Source: Eledone cirrhosa
Lineage: Eukaryota
Direction: 5' to 3'
DNA length: 64,000 nucleotides
Assembly: GCA_964016885.1 (NCBI GenBank)
Contig: OZ024742.1
Coordinates: 352,656,001 to 352,720,000, forward strand
This document shows positions 13,981 through 28,905 of this stretch, piece by piece. The position numbers and the translations under genes were made by a program. Numbering within the stretch: the stretch's first letter is position 1; each line of letters starts with the position of its first letter. The notes below the pieces were generated by a model that saw only the letters and a program-made list of their open reading frames with translations, searched no databases and was not told where the DNA came from.

Positions 13981-14011
<31 letters not shown>

Positions 14012-14038
14012 CGTATGGATTCACCGAACATTTATTAT
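13495..14038 (-). mobile_element. Diverged ~1.3-unit copy of the retrozyme-like family of 46700-48050
   Basis: Reverse strand tacgttg CTGATGA tagctaataagctt CAAA ctat TA cagcgt (core mutated); 13497-13605 repeated at 13915-14038. Confidence 0.7.
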
Positions 14039-14040
14039 TT

Positions 14041-15320
14041 CCAGCCCACCCATTTGACAACATGGATCTTTACAATGCCAACTGGGATGCAATTATGAAC
14101 GAACTATCACATGTCGACTGGTCATTTACCCACACACACACTTCCGCCAACATCAAAACATCTGGGGAGTTCTTTGTTGACACTGTCACAAATATATGTA
14201 CAAAACACGCCCCAGCAAAACCTGTGAACAGAACCAAGTGCAGTATCCCCCAAAACAGAAAAACAATTAACAGAAAAATAAAAAGAACAAACACAAAAAT
14301 TAACACACTAAAATAATACCAACAGCATCACAGATATTCAATGGCTGCTTGAGTAAATAAAATATAACCTCCAGCAATGCATGATGACCATCATCAATAA
14401 CCAGAGAATAGCTGAAGAGATGTGGGCCATTGAGAAAATCAAAGTCAACTCCAAAGTGTTCTTCTCATTCGCTAAAAAACACAAGGTCACCGTCTTCACT
14501 GTTGGCCCCCTACTTGATGAAAATGACACACTCCAGGACAATGCCAAAACCATGGGCGAGATACTGCAGAAACAATACTGCTCTGTTTTCAGCAATCCTG
14601 ATATGACCGATCTGGGCCGTATCAGTGATGTTAATCCCCAACACACTATATCAGACATAACGTTTGGCGCCCCTGATGTCTTTGCGGTAATAAACGAAAT
14701 TAAACACAATTCAGCAGTAGGCCCCGACAGGTTGCCTGCTTGTGTCCTGAAGGTGTGTTGACACCAACTAGCATCTCCACTTGCTAATCTGTGGAGGAAA
14801 TCACTGTACACTGCCTATATTCCTGAACACTTTCTGTCCCAGTCCATTGTCCCATTCTTCAAAAAAGTCAATAAGACCCTTACAGTGATCTCACTCACCT
14901 CTCATATGATCAAGGTATTTGAGAGTGTGGTTAGATCACGAAAAACCCACTTTCTTGAAAGCAAGAGCCTGATGAACTCCAATCAACGTGGGTTCCGTAA
15001 TGGAAGGGACTGCATAACGCCGCTCCTGCATCAGTTTGACGATGTTTTGAGAGCCTTGGGAGAGGGTTCCAACACTAATGTCATCTACCTTGATTTCAGC
15101 AAGGCTTTCGAAAGGCTTGCTCATAAGATTCTACTGAACAAACTATCCAATGTTGGTGTCTCTGGAAGGTTACTACAGTGGATCAAATGTTTCCTGACAG
15201 ACAGAACGCAGCATGTTGTAGTCAAAGGAGTAAAATCAAGCCCTGCCAAAGTCCGCAATGGCGTCCACAAGGTACTCTGTTAGGACCTCTTCTTTTCATA
15301 ATCTACATTAATGACATCAT
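14041..15320 (+). mobile_element. CR1/L2-group LINE RT fragment (pseudogenised)
   Basis: AVGPDRLP, ISLTSHMIKVFE, NQRGFRNGR, YLDFSKAF, WIKCFLTDRTQ.V, frameshifted GVPQG..LGPLLFIIYINDI. Confidence 0.85.
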
Positions 15321-15531
15321 TTTTAGATAGAGCGCCTGTGATGTTTGCTAAACATCACGGGGCTCCAACTCAAAATTATTTTTGAAAAGCATTAGAAATG
15401 CGCAACCGGTAAAAACTTAAAACTGAAACTGAATACTAACCAATACTTATTACTAATTTTTACTTAATCCTAATTAAACTATTTTTCACTGGGAACAATT
15501 TGTCAGCATTTTCTTTTCCTTTTACTAATAT

Positions 15532-15566
<35 letters not shown>

Positions 15567-15595
15567 CATATAATGTACTATATACATATATATAC

Positions 15596-15654
<59 letters not shown>

Positions 15655-15656
<2 letters not shown>

Positions 15657-18600
15657 AAGGCGGGTAAAATTCGCGAGATCCATGGACGAGTTCTCTCCAG
15701 CGGTCTCTGTCCCTCATCATCGCTGCCATGTCCTGCATCTCCAACAGACCAGTGTCTGTCCTTAGGGCATCAACATACGTTAACCTTGGTCTTCCTCTTC
15801 TAGTGTGTCCATGTAGGGGCTCCCAAAGGAGTACTGAGTGCAATGTCAACTCTGGATGTCGGTGAGCATGTCCAGCTAACCTCAGTCTCCTCTGTGTCAC
15901 TTTTGAGCTGAATTTTGGGATGCTCCCATACAGCTCTGAGTTTTTCATCCTCAGTGTATACTCATTAATGTTCAGAGCCATCCTCAACATTCTCGTGTAG
16001 CACCCATCCACCATCTGAGTGAGTTTATTGGTCAGTGTCCAAGTCTCAGACCCATACAGCAGCACAGACTCCACAACAGCAATGAAGAGGCGGATTTTCA
16101 AGTCTCTACGAAGGTCCGACTTCCACACCGATCTCAAGCTGTGGCACGCCGCCCAGGCCTTGCTCTTCCTCTCAACCGCATCATCCTCCGTATTTCAAAT
16201 CTTTGCTCTCAAATACAGGAAGTCCTCAACCAATTCCAGCGGCTTCCCGCCTACATTAGTGATCCCCTCTGGCTTCTCAACATTCTCTACCATATATTTT
16301 GTCTCATTCATTCTCAGCCCCACACTCATCGACACAGTCTCAACCTCCCGCATCAAATCCTCTGCCTCCTTCACTGTATTTGTCACCAAAACTATGTCGT
16401 CGGCAAATTCAGCATCCTATACCTTTTTCGCCCTAACTCTCCTGCTCTGAGCCGGTGCTACAGTAAAGCCAGAGTCCTGGTGTTTCTCCAGTGCAAGGCG
16501 CATACAATAGTCCACTACGATGATTAAAAGGTAGGGAGCCAATGTATCTCCCTGGAGCACTCCAGCCAGTATCTCAAAGAACTCTGTCATCCCATCAGGT
16601 GTAATGACTCGGGCTTTGGTGTTGGTGAAGAGCAGTGATATCAGGTCCACTATCTTCTTGGGGATTCCATAAGCCTGTAACATCTTCATCAGGCAGTAAC
16701 GGTCCACAGAATCAAAGGCCTTCCTAAAGTCAATGAAAACCATGACCGCAGGAAGGCACTTTGCTCTAGCTCCCTCTAATATCCTCCTCAGCATCAGGAT
16801 GTGACTGCTGGTTGATGTACCCTCTCTGAAGCCGTTCTGGTTGCCCCTGAGCTTCTTCTCCATCTCAGGCTGGATCCTGTTAAGAATCATCCTGTTGAAG
16901 GTCTTTGCCACAAGTGACGTCAGTGAGATCCCCCGGTAGTTGTTGGTGTTAGAGAGATCTCCCTTTTTTTGGCACTGGGACGATGTTACTGATCCTACAC
17001 TGATTCGGGGCCACTACTTTCTCCAGTGCCCCGTTACAGAACCCCAGGATGATATCATCAAAATCACACCTCTTCATCACCTCTGATGCCACTCTATCTT
17101 CTCCATGAGCCTTGCCCTCCTTGATCCTCTTCTTGGCTCTCTGAAGCTCCGCTCTGGTGAAGGGCTCTGTCTCAACATCCAGTTCCTCAAACAGCCGCCT
17201 GATCTCCCCAGTGCTCTGGGCTGTGGAGGGTGGCTCTCCTAGTAGGGTCCTAAAATGGTCTAGCCATTTCCACTTCCTATCCACGGGCCCCGTTCCCTGG
17301 ATCTGACTCTAACACCTTCTCTTCCTCCCTGTGATCTCGTTGATGATCATCCAGCTCTCCTTACATCCAGATCTGTCAACCGCTCTCTCCACACTTCTGA
17401 TCTTCTCTATTAGTGTCTCCTCTCTGACCTCAGTGTAAGCGGTACCGAGCTCTTCCCTCATCACCTCCACAGTCTCCATCCTCTTCTCCGTAGGATCAGC
17501 ATAGAATTGGTCCCTGGCAGCTTTCAGGTGTTCTCTGGCTGCACACACTTTTGGGTTTGCAAAGCTGACGTGCTTCCCTTTGTTCTTTTTCCTCGGCACC
17601 AGGGTTTCACTTGCTTCCGCCACTGCATTGGTGAAGTGCCCGTACCTCCTCGTCACACTCTCCTCAGTCCATCCAATCTCTCTCTCCTCTGACTCTCCAC
17701 ACAGAGCACTAAACCTGTTTCTCACTCTACTGTGAACCTCTCCTGTAGCATATCATCTTCCTTGAAATCTCCCCAGTCATAGATTGTTCTCCGGGGCTGA
17801 GCCTTGCTCTTTCTTAAGCTCACGCGGACCTCACTCATAACAAGCCGGTGGTCACTACCCAGTGTACTGAAATAGCTGTATGGTTCCGTGTTCAGAACAC
17901 TATTCCGCCACTTTTTCCTCACCAGAATGAAATCAATATGGAACTTGGACAGGTGCATATCTGAGATGTAGGTCCACATCTTCCCCAGATTCTTCCTAAA
18001 CCTTAGGTTGGTCGCCATCAAGTTCGCCTCCAGCAGGGTGTCTATCAGTAGTCTTCCATTTCGGTTAGGTTTGTTATGGAAGTACCAGCAAGGATCTTCA
18101 CTGCCCTCCTTACTCAGATGTGCATTAAAATTAAAGTCCCCCAAAACAAGCAGGATATTGTGTGCCTGAGTGGTGTTGACAGCTCTACATACCTCCTCGT
18201 GGAACTCTTCCGCATTCACATCACTACCCCCCTCGGTTGGACTATAGGCTGAGATGACTGTCAGTCTTGGGTTTCCATTGAAGGTCACCTTCAACACTCG
18301 CGGGGAGATAGGCATTATTTCCCTCACCAAAAGATTGGTTTTTGCACTGAACACAAAACCCACTCCTCCTACTGCAGCATTTGTTGTGTTCTTCACTGCC
18401 GATGTAGTGATGAGCTGGCTCTTCCTCCCGATCATCACACTCCTCACGGGCTCATCGTGTAGAATCCTGTGTTCTTGGATCGCAAGTATCTGTATACCAC
18501 TCTCCCCGAACAGATGTCCCAACACCTCTCTCTTCTCCAGCGTCCGAATAGTCCTCACATTCAAAGTGCCCATTTTGATGGCTCTTCTACAGGACAAAAC

Positions 18601-18948
18601 TGCATTCTTTATATTTGTCTCAGAGACAGCTGATCCATCATCCACTGGCCCTCTCTGTGGCTCTAAACCAGCAGAGTCATAACGACCAGGCTGCTCCTTG
18701 ACAGTGGAATTAGGGGCTCTAACCCTAGTGCTGTTAGATTGACTCCATATTTCTTTTCAATGGCTGACAATACCTTACCGGCGCCACTCGGATAGGGTAG
18801 TTATTTAACCCATAAAAGGAGCCCTAACATGTACTACCACCCTGGGCCAGGGCAGACCTGGGAGTCATGACAACTAAGGGGTAACTCCACATTCCCCACA
18901 TCTCCTGAACTCCCGAACTGGAGCCTTGCCACTGGATGTAGTTTAATG

Positions 18949-18950
<2 letters not shown>
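15655..18950 (-). mobile_element. Near full-length APE+RT LINE (RTE-like), frameshifted
   Basis: APE: GTLNVRT, IQEHR, ISAYSPT, LGDFN, IDFIL, SDH; RT: NQNGFR, FIDFRKAFDSV, GVLQGDTLAP, FADD; C-term LLYGSETWTL, RGRPRLTY; both ends abut (TA)n. Confidence 0.9.
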
Positions 18951-19015
<65 letters not shown>

Positions 19016-19017
<2 letters not shown>

Positions 19018-19690
19018 ATTAACAAATGGAAACTATATTTATGAAACCATATCTATTTATTATACATATTTCAAGGACACCAAGTTAAATTATGGTGTGC
19101 TTTCATCAGATAAAATATAATATAGAGCAGTTTTATAAATAAATATTGACATACCCTTAAAGAATGCAACCTTTACAGTTGGAAGCTCCTGGATAGTGGG
19201 GTTATACATTTATTTATACTATTATGTAAATTAGTATTAGATATGTTTAAATAAGCCGTTGGGTTACGGAGAAACAGAGAGAGAAAGAGAGAAGAAGAAG
19301 AGAGAGAAAAAGAGAGAGATATACAAAAGAGAAAAAAGAAAAAAGAGGAAGAGAAAAAAAGAGAAGAGAAAGCAAAAGCTCTAAGTGATAGTTTGTTGAG
19401 TTATCTTAACATTTGAGATGAAGTGAAAGAATAAATATTTATTGTTTATGGATGAATAGAGAAATGTAAATAATCGTGAATGTAGATACATACATAATAG
19501 GAGGATTTTAACCATTGTTTAAATATGATTAAATGTTTAGTTTATCATTAAAAATTGAGATCTATATATTATTAAGAAATCTCTCTCCATATATAAATAT
19601 TAAAGAGTTAAACAAGATTCAATGAGTATATCAGAGAATGAGTTTTAAAGTAGATTACCTTGATTAAATAGACTAGAGTTTTACAGTCGA
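19016..19690 (-). mobile_element. PLE terminal repeat with minimal HHR (19054-19117)
   Basis: Reverse complement of 23575-24035; related to 21070-21690. Confidence 0.75.
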
Positions 19691-19746
19691 CTACCTTGAT
19701 TAACTCTTAACCATTTAACATTTCAAGGTATGTCATGTATCATTAT

Positions 19747-19799
19747 ATTTTGTCTGATGAGGATGTACTGTTGTACCTCCGAAATATGTATACTAAAAT
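19747..19799 (+). ncRNA. Minimal type I HHR motif
   Basis: attttgt CTGATGA ggatgtac-tgtt-gtacctcc GAAA tatgta TA ctaaaat; stem I imperfect. Confidence 0.55.
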
Positions 19800-19839
19800 G
19801 TAATTGATCAAAAGAACATCTATTTTATTAATATTCGTA

Positions 19840-20020
<181 letters not shown>

Positions 20021-20029
20021 GTCCACCAC

Positions 20030-20801
20030 AGAATCCACTAAACACCTTTGGAATTTACCAACTTTTCAACCATCCTGTTACGTAATCACCTATATAACTC
20101 ACCCACAGACACACCCTAAACATTCTTTTTCTCCACACGCCACCTACACCCACAACACGCTTAAACCCCACACACACGTGCTTTCCACCACATATTTACA
20201 CCCTCAGTCTCCTGATTCCTCTCCCCCCACCCCTCTATCCACACACGCACATACACTCTGACACACAACCCCCCACACACACACCTCTTCCTGAACATGC
20301 AACCCTGTTCTTCCCCCAACCCTTACTTTCACATACACACACACACACACGTACACCTACACACACACACACACACGTACACCTACACACACACACACCA
20401 CCTTCAGCCCTCCCCACTCGGACACCCCGTCTCCCTCTCTCACTCCACCCGCCACCAGCCCTACACACCCCACACCCTTCCACCACCTGTTTTACCCCCG
20501 TTTTAATTTCAGTTTATTTTGATCATGCTTTTATATTTAAATTTATTTCATTCCTTGTATTTTGATCATGCTTTATTTTTATTTTTATTTTTATTCTTTT
20601 CATTCGCACCGTTTCCTTTCGCTATATGTCTCTCCACCACTCCCCTACACACCCTTTGAACTCTGTTCCCACACACTTCTCACCTGAGGAAGGGCTTATG
20701 CCCGAAACGTCGTCCCCCACCAACACCCCACTCTCCAGAGCGTGAAATTAATAAACATTCGTTGTACTGCCTCTCTGTTTTGTCCCTGTTCAAATTTTTC
20801 C

Positions 20802-20803
<2 letters not shown>
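20030..20803 (+). mobile_element. PLE terminal-repeat-like element with minimal HHR motif (20682-20713)
   Basis: ac CTGAGGA a gggc-ttat-gccc GAAA cg TC gt, then AATAAA and (TA)n; direct copy of 8520-9283. Confidence 0.7.
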
Positions 20804-20882
<79 letters not shown>

Positions 20883-21069
20883 TAGACCACCCGTGTACCC
20901 GTTGGGTCACGTTCACTTCAAAATATATTTAAAAAAATCACTTTCACTTAAAAATAACTTTTAAATAATTTAAATAAATTTAATTATGTAAAATATATAT
21001 ATATATATGTATATATTCTACATAATTAACATTTTCTACACCTTTCATTTATATATATATATATATACG

Positions 21070-23548
21070 ACATTAACAAATGGAAACTGTATTTATAAAA
21101 CCATATCTATTTCATTATACATATTTCAAGGATACCATGTTAAATTATGGTATGCTTTCATCAGACAAAATATATACCAGTTTTATAAATAAATATTGAC
21201 ATACCCTTTCAAAATGCTACCGTTACTTTTGGAAGACATCAGGATAGTGGATTTATTTACTTATTAGTAAGTCGTTGTGTTACGGAGAAGGAAAAAGACG
21301 GAGAGAAAAAACGGAGAGAAAGAAAAGCGGAGAGAGAAAGGGAGAAATAAAGAAAGAAAGAAAAAAAAAGAAAAAAAGAGAAGAAAAGAGAAAAAAAAGA
21401 GAAAAAATGAGAGAGATATATCAAAACACCAGACAGAGAGAAAAAATCGAGAGAGAGAAATATATATAGAGAGAGAGGGGGAGAGAACGAAAACCTTAAG
21501 TCATGTCATATTAAGTTAAGTTAACAATTGAGATGAAATGAATAAATAAAATTAGAAATATTAATATTCATGAATGGAATATACATATATAATATGAGAA
21601 ATTAATCACTGTTTAACTATGATTAGATATTTAGTTTAAAAATTGATATCAATATATTAAAAATTGGAATTTAAACATTAAGAAATCTATATATTGCTAG
21701 ATAAATTACATATCATATAACACGTGCACACACCTAAAATACACATACATATATATATACACACACTCAGAAAATACACATCATATCTATCCCCGTATAT
21801 AATATATACATACAAAGCATAAGGGATTTTCTTTTATTAATGTTATACATCCTTTGTGTTATGAAATAACATTTTTAATATATATATATATAAATATATA
21901 GGATTAGGTGTCATGCATTTATGGCTGTTAATTATGTCTATCTGCAATCAAATTGTATGGGTACACATGTACATGTACACACACAATTCTTACATATATA
22001 TATATAAACATGTGTGTGCATCCTCAGCCAATTGGTAGACACGTGTCACGCATGTATATACAGACAGATATATATTCATAAAAAATGCATATAACACATG
22101 TATATGTATGTTAATATACACATATACATACATATTCGTATATAGATAAGTATACATCAATATATTACATAGTATAATTGAGTACATAAAATACAAAAGG
22201 CTTATATTTTGGAAATATATTCATATCAAAATAACTTAAAAACAAAAGAATTCTAAAATATTAAAATATTAAAATATTTAAAAATATTATAGAATATTTT
22301 AAGTTAAAATAATGTGTTTAATAGAATTAGTATATAAATTTATCTTACGTATATTTTACTCAAGTTATTGAAAGGATAAACTTTCGAAAATTATGAGAAG
22401 CTATCAGAATAAAAGCATACCTAATAACAAATAAATAAAATATAAAAAAATAAGAAATAGGAAATATTTTCTCCTTTCAAGAGCTCTCAATATATTTATA
22501 TTTAGGAAGAAAATGTATTTATACTTGAGTACTTAACCAAAGAAAATGAAAAATGAAAAAGGTGAAGGAATCTAATGATTTAACGACAGGTTTCATATAT
22601 AAACCAAATTACTTAATTAATTATACTACATTTTAAATTCATATTTATATTTAAACGTTGAGTTCAATCTATGTCTGCAGCAACTGAATAAATTATTCCT
22701 TAAATTCAGGGAATTTTTGGTCTTTAATATAAAGAATATTTCCTCTATACAAAGATCGCAATTTTCTGAAGAGGAATTAAAAGGGGTAGCTTTTGAAATA
22801 ATATTCCAAATCAGCGAATATTCAACATTATCTCGTTTTAGGTCCCATAATAGGCTAGATAGCAAAGTTGAAGATTTTTTGTTTGGATCTGTAAAAGAAT
22901 GTTTATGATTATTGAAGCGGGATTTAAACTCTGTGGAGGTAGAGCCGACATAATTAAATGCATTTGAATTAGTTTTTACATTACAATAATGAACTACATT
23001 TTTAGCTAAGCAATTGTTATTTAACGGACAGTTGGATTTATTTCTACAGTTACAATTATTCGATTGAATATTGCTTGGGTTATTATTGGTTTTTTTATTA
23101 GGTTTTAAATTGCTATTATTAATTCTATTAATATTTTGCGCTAAATGTTTGGTGGAAGAGTAAGTTAATTTTATAGTATGTCTATTAAAAAGTGAGTAAT
23201 ATCTATGTGTTCTAGGGAAGCGTTTGTCAAGAGCTTTAAAGAATAGTTTAGCAATAGGTGTTTTAATAATTAGTGAGAAAGGAGGAGCGAACCATACTAT
23301 GTTCCTAGTTCTAATTATTTTTCGGTTTCGGAATTATTGTAATGTTGTCTATTATAGTTGTTAAAATTGTTACCATAGTTAAACTTGTTATTATTTTGGT
23401 CAGTTTTTATATTATTATTATTATCGATGTATTTAATTTTAATTCTATACCCTGCTCTACCTAACGCTTCGTTGTAATAATGCGATTTTTCATCAAATAT
23501 ATTCTTATTAGATGAAATTCTCGAAATTCGTTCTTGTACAGAGTTCAC
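21070..23548 (-). mobile_element. 5'-truncated Penelope-like element: RT C-terminus/GIY-YIG remnant + 3' repeat with HHR (~21110-21170)
   Basis: RISRISSN..F....YYNEAL, VWFAPPFS, YVGSTSTEFKSRFNNH, LSSLLWDLK..WNII..CDLCIEE..CRH. Confidence 0.85.
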
Positions 23549-23932
23549 TACAGTAAAACTCTAGTCTATTTATCTGTAAAACTCTAGTCTATTTAATCAA
23601 GGTAATCTACTGTAAAACTCATTCTCTGATATACTGATTGAATCTTGTTTAACTCTTTAATATTTATATATAGAGAGAGATTTTCCTCTCTCTTTTTTTC
23701 TCTCTTCTTTTCTTTTTTCTCGTTTGTATATCTCTCTCTTTTTTCTCTCTCTTTTTCTTTCTCTCTCTCTCTCTCTTTCTCCGTAACCCAACGGCTTATT
23801 TAAACATATCCAATACTAATTCACATAATAGTATAAATAAATGTATAACCCCACTATCCAGGAGCTTCCAACTGTAAAGGTTGCATTATTTAAGGGTATG
23901 TCAATATTTAATTATAAAACTGCTCTATATTA

Positions 23933-23997
23933 TATTTTATCTGATGAAAGCACACCATAATTTAACTTGGTGTCCTTGAAATATGTATAATAAAATA
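23933..23997 (+). ncRNA. Minimal type I HHR in the inverted terminal repeat 23550-24035
   Basis: tattttat CTGATGA aagcacacca-taatttaact-tggtgtcctt GAAA tatgta TA ataaaata; perfect 8-bp stem I. Confidence 0.8.
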
Positions 23998-24139
23998 GAT
24001 ATGGTTTTATAAATATAATTTCCATTTGTTAATATCGTATATTTACTCCAAATACTTGTCGAGTGCTTTATATCAGTTATAAAATGATTTTCTTGTTGTA
24101 TCCCAACAATTTAAATAGAATTTGTGCATATATATATAT

Positions 24140-25300
24140 ATAGTGGTAGAACACTGGAAGGCAATATCCGTAGTGGTAGAGCACTCAGTCCATGGGGCGA
24201 GTTTGGTAGAAGTGGTTACACACCAGTTCGTTCACCATACTGAGAACAATTGTTTCACCTTACCCGATTCTCAGCTTGTAATGGAGATGGATATACGGAC
24301 CCGGAAGGAGAACCGTACGAACGAGCATGCGTCGAAACGATCATTTCACACAGGCAATATTAAATGCGTGCAAGAGATGTAAGGGAGATAACTGCGAAAG
24401 TCTGAAAAGTTTCTAGTTGATAAGAAACTTAGGATATTGTTGTAATGCAATCCGGAGCACTGTAGTTACGTAAGAGATGTTTTGAAACGTGTGGACAACG
24501 TGTGAATAATTCAATTCTCTTCTTTAGCGAATCGCTATTTCATAATCTCTATAGGATATTTATTTGTTCATTAATACGTAGTCCACCCGACGTATTTTCC
24601 CTTGCGTATGGCTTGGGCTTAGTGATGGCTTTCCATTGAATGGAGTAGTCTATACTTGAGTCCTCGAGGGACCATACGTGGTTCACGAGTTTCGTGGATG
24701 AACGTCTGTCCGGGTACCTAAAAGTCGACTGTTGGTTCAGGAAGCGTTCCTTAAGTCGGCCCTCCGCCATACCCACATAGGATTTGACTTCCCGTGGGTG
24801 ATTTGGTCGGTTGGAATGACCACAGCTTCATAAACTACAGCGGGTGTGTTGCATTGCTGTTGATGGCGAGAAGCTTTGTGCTTACGGCAAGCACTCTGGT
24901 GTGGTGTTGACCTAGGGCTGTTGGTGATGTGGGCCTTCATGTTCTTAGCGCAGGAATATCCTAGTTTTACTTTGTGTCGGTTAAAGCTGGAGCGGTACGT
25001 ATGACCTATGGGAAAGTGTCTATCTAAGAGGGCTAGACATGTTGTGCCTACATTGGTTTTAACGTTGAGTGAGAAGGGCGGAGAGAACCAGATAGTTTGT
25101 CTATTGTTACGCCTTCTTTTCTTATTGCTGTTGTTGAGAGTGGGACAGTAATTGATAGGTTACGAAAAGTCGCTGTTATCTAACGCCTTGTTATAGTAGG
25201 GTGCCGCCCTGTCAAAGATAGCCTTATTAGAGGAGAGGTTTGAGATTCTAGTACTGATATTATTTAAGAAGTTTCTAAAAACAATGGGAGGGTGGCATGA
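24140..25300 (-). mobile_element. Penelope-like element remnant (GIY-YIG region)
   Basis: SHPPIV, IWFSPPFS, VVYEA, YVGMAEGRLKERF, LVNHVWSL..YSIQWK; degenerate HHR-like motif near 24243-24276. Confidence 0.8.
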
Positions 25301-25302
25301 GT

Positions 25303-25427
<125 letters not shown>

Positions 25428-25438
25428 GTATATGTATG

Positions 25439-25489
<51 letters not shown>

Positions 25490-25540
25490 ATGTATATATA
25501 TATATATATATATGTATGTATATATATATATATGTGTATG

Positions 25541-25571
<31 letters not shown>

Positions 25572-25584
25572 ATATATATATATG

Positions 25585-26233
25585 TCGTTGGCGACTAAAC
25601 TGGTAACCCCACCAAGGTTTCTAGTATGTCAGGTCACCAGTTGGTGCTACTGGTAACATGTATCCCAGTACAACCTGTCTCATGGTCGGGTTGTTGACGA
25701 CTAAACTGGCAATCCCACCAAGGTTTACTGGTGAGGAGGGTGACTTTGGACATCTTGCATCATGACTAAAAACAAATCCTGTCAAAGGGCAAAGGAGCTC
25801 TTAAGAGTCAATGGCCATCCAAAATCACCGGGAGAGATGACCCCTTAGACTTTGTCAAGGTAGAATTCTAGGAGAAGGAAAACTTTGATATAACACCTGC
25901 AACCCTTATGGTATCCAATGATGTTGAATTGTTCTTCTTTTTGGTAAATATCATCTTGGTTAAGAGAGTGGGACTGACTTTGTGCAGTGCCTTTGCTCAC
26001 TATAAAAGCTTCATGGCACAGGCATTGCTTTATATCTGGAGATCACTCTGCACTTGTCGTCACATGGTACCATGGATCCAGCACTATGTGTCAATAATTT
26101 TCACAAGTGTAGTATTTGTACCAGAGTTTTCAAGTCGCTGTCTGGACTAAAAAGTTACACTTGTTCAACACATAGGCTTTCTCCTGCATGGATATAAAGT
26201 AGTGGCCGTACTCGAAAACGAGTAGGCAGCCAC

Positions 26234-26255
<22 letters not shown>
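25585..26255 (+). mobile_element. Non-coding repeat related to the leader of the RTE fragment near 49050
   Basis: Shares ttctaggagaagg...acctgc...ccaatga(t/c)gttga..ttcttctttt with 49053-49148; internal ~110-bp duplication (gactaaactgg..ccaccaaggttt). Confidence 0.45.
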
Positions 26256-26264
<9 letters not shown>

Positions 26265-26295
26265 ACGTGTATATATATACGTAGGTATACATATA

Positions 26296-26344
<49 letters not shown>

Positions 26345-27094
26345 GTATATATAAGTATTGGTGCTGTTATGCAATCATTGTGATTGGACGGTGGCCATAC
26401 ACTAGTCAAGTCGTTCGTCTGGTATTTCACTTTTCATTTTCGATGACCGCATTCAATTTGATAGGCATACTGTTGTATATTTCTTCACAAAACAATTCAT
26501 TGCAGATTGATATTACCCAAGGAAACATTAATTCTGTAAGTCATTGTCAGAATGGTTCAAAATGTGATCCTTCAAGATTTATATTCTGACATATCAGATA
26601 ATTTCAAGAGTAATCATTCTGTAATCAATGGTTTTATAATGCGTCCTTTATAATTTTTCCGGCTGCCTTATTGAACAACCTCTATGTGGGTTTGACCTTA
26701 TATTATGTTACTCGGCGACTATTAACACATTCAAATATTCCACAATCGCATTTTGAATTCTTCCTCTATTCCTTAGCACAACGGAGTTCAACATTTTATT
26801 AGAACGGTATCGAGAGGTATGTAGGCTACAAGAAAAAATAAGAATTAGTAATTGATGTGTATAATTTGTGTTTCATTTTCAAAAAATAGTCGTGAGACAA
26901 CAGTGATAAGGCTTCCACACCATTCAGTCATCAAATAAGTATATCTTCTCTATTAATGTTAACGTTATGCGTGCAGCGCCAATTAAATAAATTGGTGGCC
27001 TTCATATATATTTTGCGTCGGTTTTACGAACTATTATACCGTCGAAAAAAGGTAATAAGTAGCTTCCCACCTTAAAACATACTTTTTCCTTGAT

Positions 27095-27250
27095 AATTGT
27101 TTCTACTTTTTGCACCAGGCCAGCAATTATTCCAGTGTATTACTGGTACTTTATTTTACCGATCCAGTATGGAAGAAAGGCAAAGTTAACCTCGACGGGT
27201 TTTGAACTCAGACCGTAAATGGACGTAACTATGCTAGAAAGCATGGCGTC
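27095..27250 (-). mobile_element. SINE copy (family of 4545-4730)
   Basis: actggtactttattttaccga..gaaaggcaaagttaacctcg..tttgaactcaga. Confidence 0.7.
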
Positions 27251-27437
27251 CAACCAATTCAATGCATGCTTTATAAATAGATGTACAACATCCCATATGC
27301 TTCTCTTAGGATATATGACATTTCTCTCTCAATATATATTATACACCGCAGGAGCATAAAATGGTCAACTGGCATACCTCCTATGGACGCATCTATGCAT
27401 CCTAACAATAAATATAGATACACATACACATACACAC

Positions 27438-27549
<112 letters not shown>

Positions 27550-27720
27550 AGATGAAATCGAAAATGCAACTTGAGTCTTATTTTTTTTTTAAATATATAT
27601 ATTTATTTGGTTCCTTTACCGGTTTCGCAGTTCTTCTGCTTTTCAAAAGGTGAGTTGAGATGGAGAGTCTGTGGTTTTTATCACATGTGAGAAAAACCAG
27701 AGACCCTCCATCTCAACTCG

Positions 27721-27758
27721 CCTTTTGAAAAGCAGAAGAACTGCGAAACCGGTAAAGG
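27721..27758 (+). ncRNA. Minimal HHR with U3-A8 core in ~285-bp palindrome 27543-27828 (mirror copy 27613-27650, -)
   Basis: cctt TTGAAAA gcag-aagaa-ctgc GAAA ccgg TA aagg, followed by AATAAA; palindrome centre tcacatgtga 27681-27690. Confidence 0.75.
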
Positions 27759-27888
27759 AACCAAATAAATATATATATTTAAAAAAAAATAAGACTCCAG
27801 TTGCATTTTCGATTTCATCTCTCTTTCTTTATACTTTCACTCGTGTAGGACACCTCGGTTATTTTTCATTTTGTAAAAAAAAACTCAC

Positions 27889-27967
<79 letters not shown>

Positions 27968-27972
<5 letters not shown>

Positions 27973-28905
27973 GGTATGGACGATATTTGTTCGCAGTTTC
28001 AACTGCTAATTTTATGCAAATTATTTTTACTTCCGTTGTCACTCTTGTCTTCATAAAAACAGTGACTATATTTCCATTATTCATTTTCAGAATAATTGAT
28101 TATGAATAATTTTGAACCAACAAATTTGTGGAGGAGACACGGAGTTCTTCTTGGAATCCGCGCCGGTAAGACAAATTAGGAAATTTCAGACTTTCTCAGC
28201 GTCAGCAGGAGAACGGTGGAAAAGGTCAGAAAGGAATTGAAAGATTCAGGATTCGACTACGAAGCAACATCAGAGAGGAAAACACATTATCGACGATCTG
28301 ACGCCTTCAGAACGCCCAAGTTCGTCGCTGAAGTTCAGGATATCATCACCAATGAACCTAGCAAGTCGAAGCGTGCCATTGCAAGGGAGAGAGGCGTGGA
28401 TGAAAAGCTCATTAGACTGGTGGTCCATGAAGACATTCGCTACGTTTCATACAACCTGAGGAAAGGACAATTTCTGTCAAAGGCGATGCAAGAAAAACGA
28501 CTGAAGTACGCAAAGAAGCTGATCAACACTGGAGCCAGACATGCTGTGGTTTTTCTCCGACGAGAAAAACTTCTGACAACACCAGAAGATCAACTGCCAG
28601 AACAACAGGTGGCTCGCTGTCTCATCCAAATTCATGCAGACAAAGTTTCTAGCGACAACATGGGTCTTAGGTGTTGTCAGCAGTCTAGGTGACGCCATGC
28701 CACCTCACTTCTTCCCTGAGGGCCTCAAGCTATAGACCGGTGGCTACAACCGCGTTTTGAGCGACGTAGTAAAGCCCAGGTAGCTGCAGGTAGACCGTAG
28801 GTGGGGCAGCAAGACTCAGTGCCCTGCCATACTAACGGAACTAACTTCGTCCACCTTACTTCACCTGACATCTGGCCTCCCAGCTCGCCTGACTGCAACA
28901 CCCTC
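27968..28905 (+). mobile_element. Tc1/mariner-superfamily DNA transposon remnant
   Basis: HTH-like SKRAIARERGVDEKLIRLVVHEDI, FFSDEK, QQDSVPCHT, WPPSSPDCNTLD; starts TA-CAGGGT next to (TA)n. Confidence 0.8.
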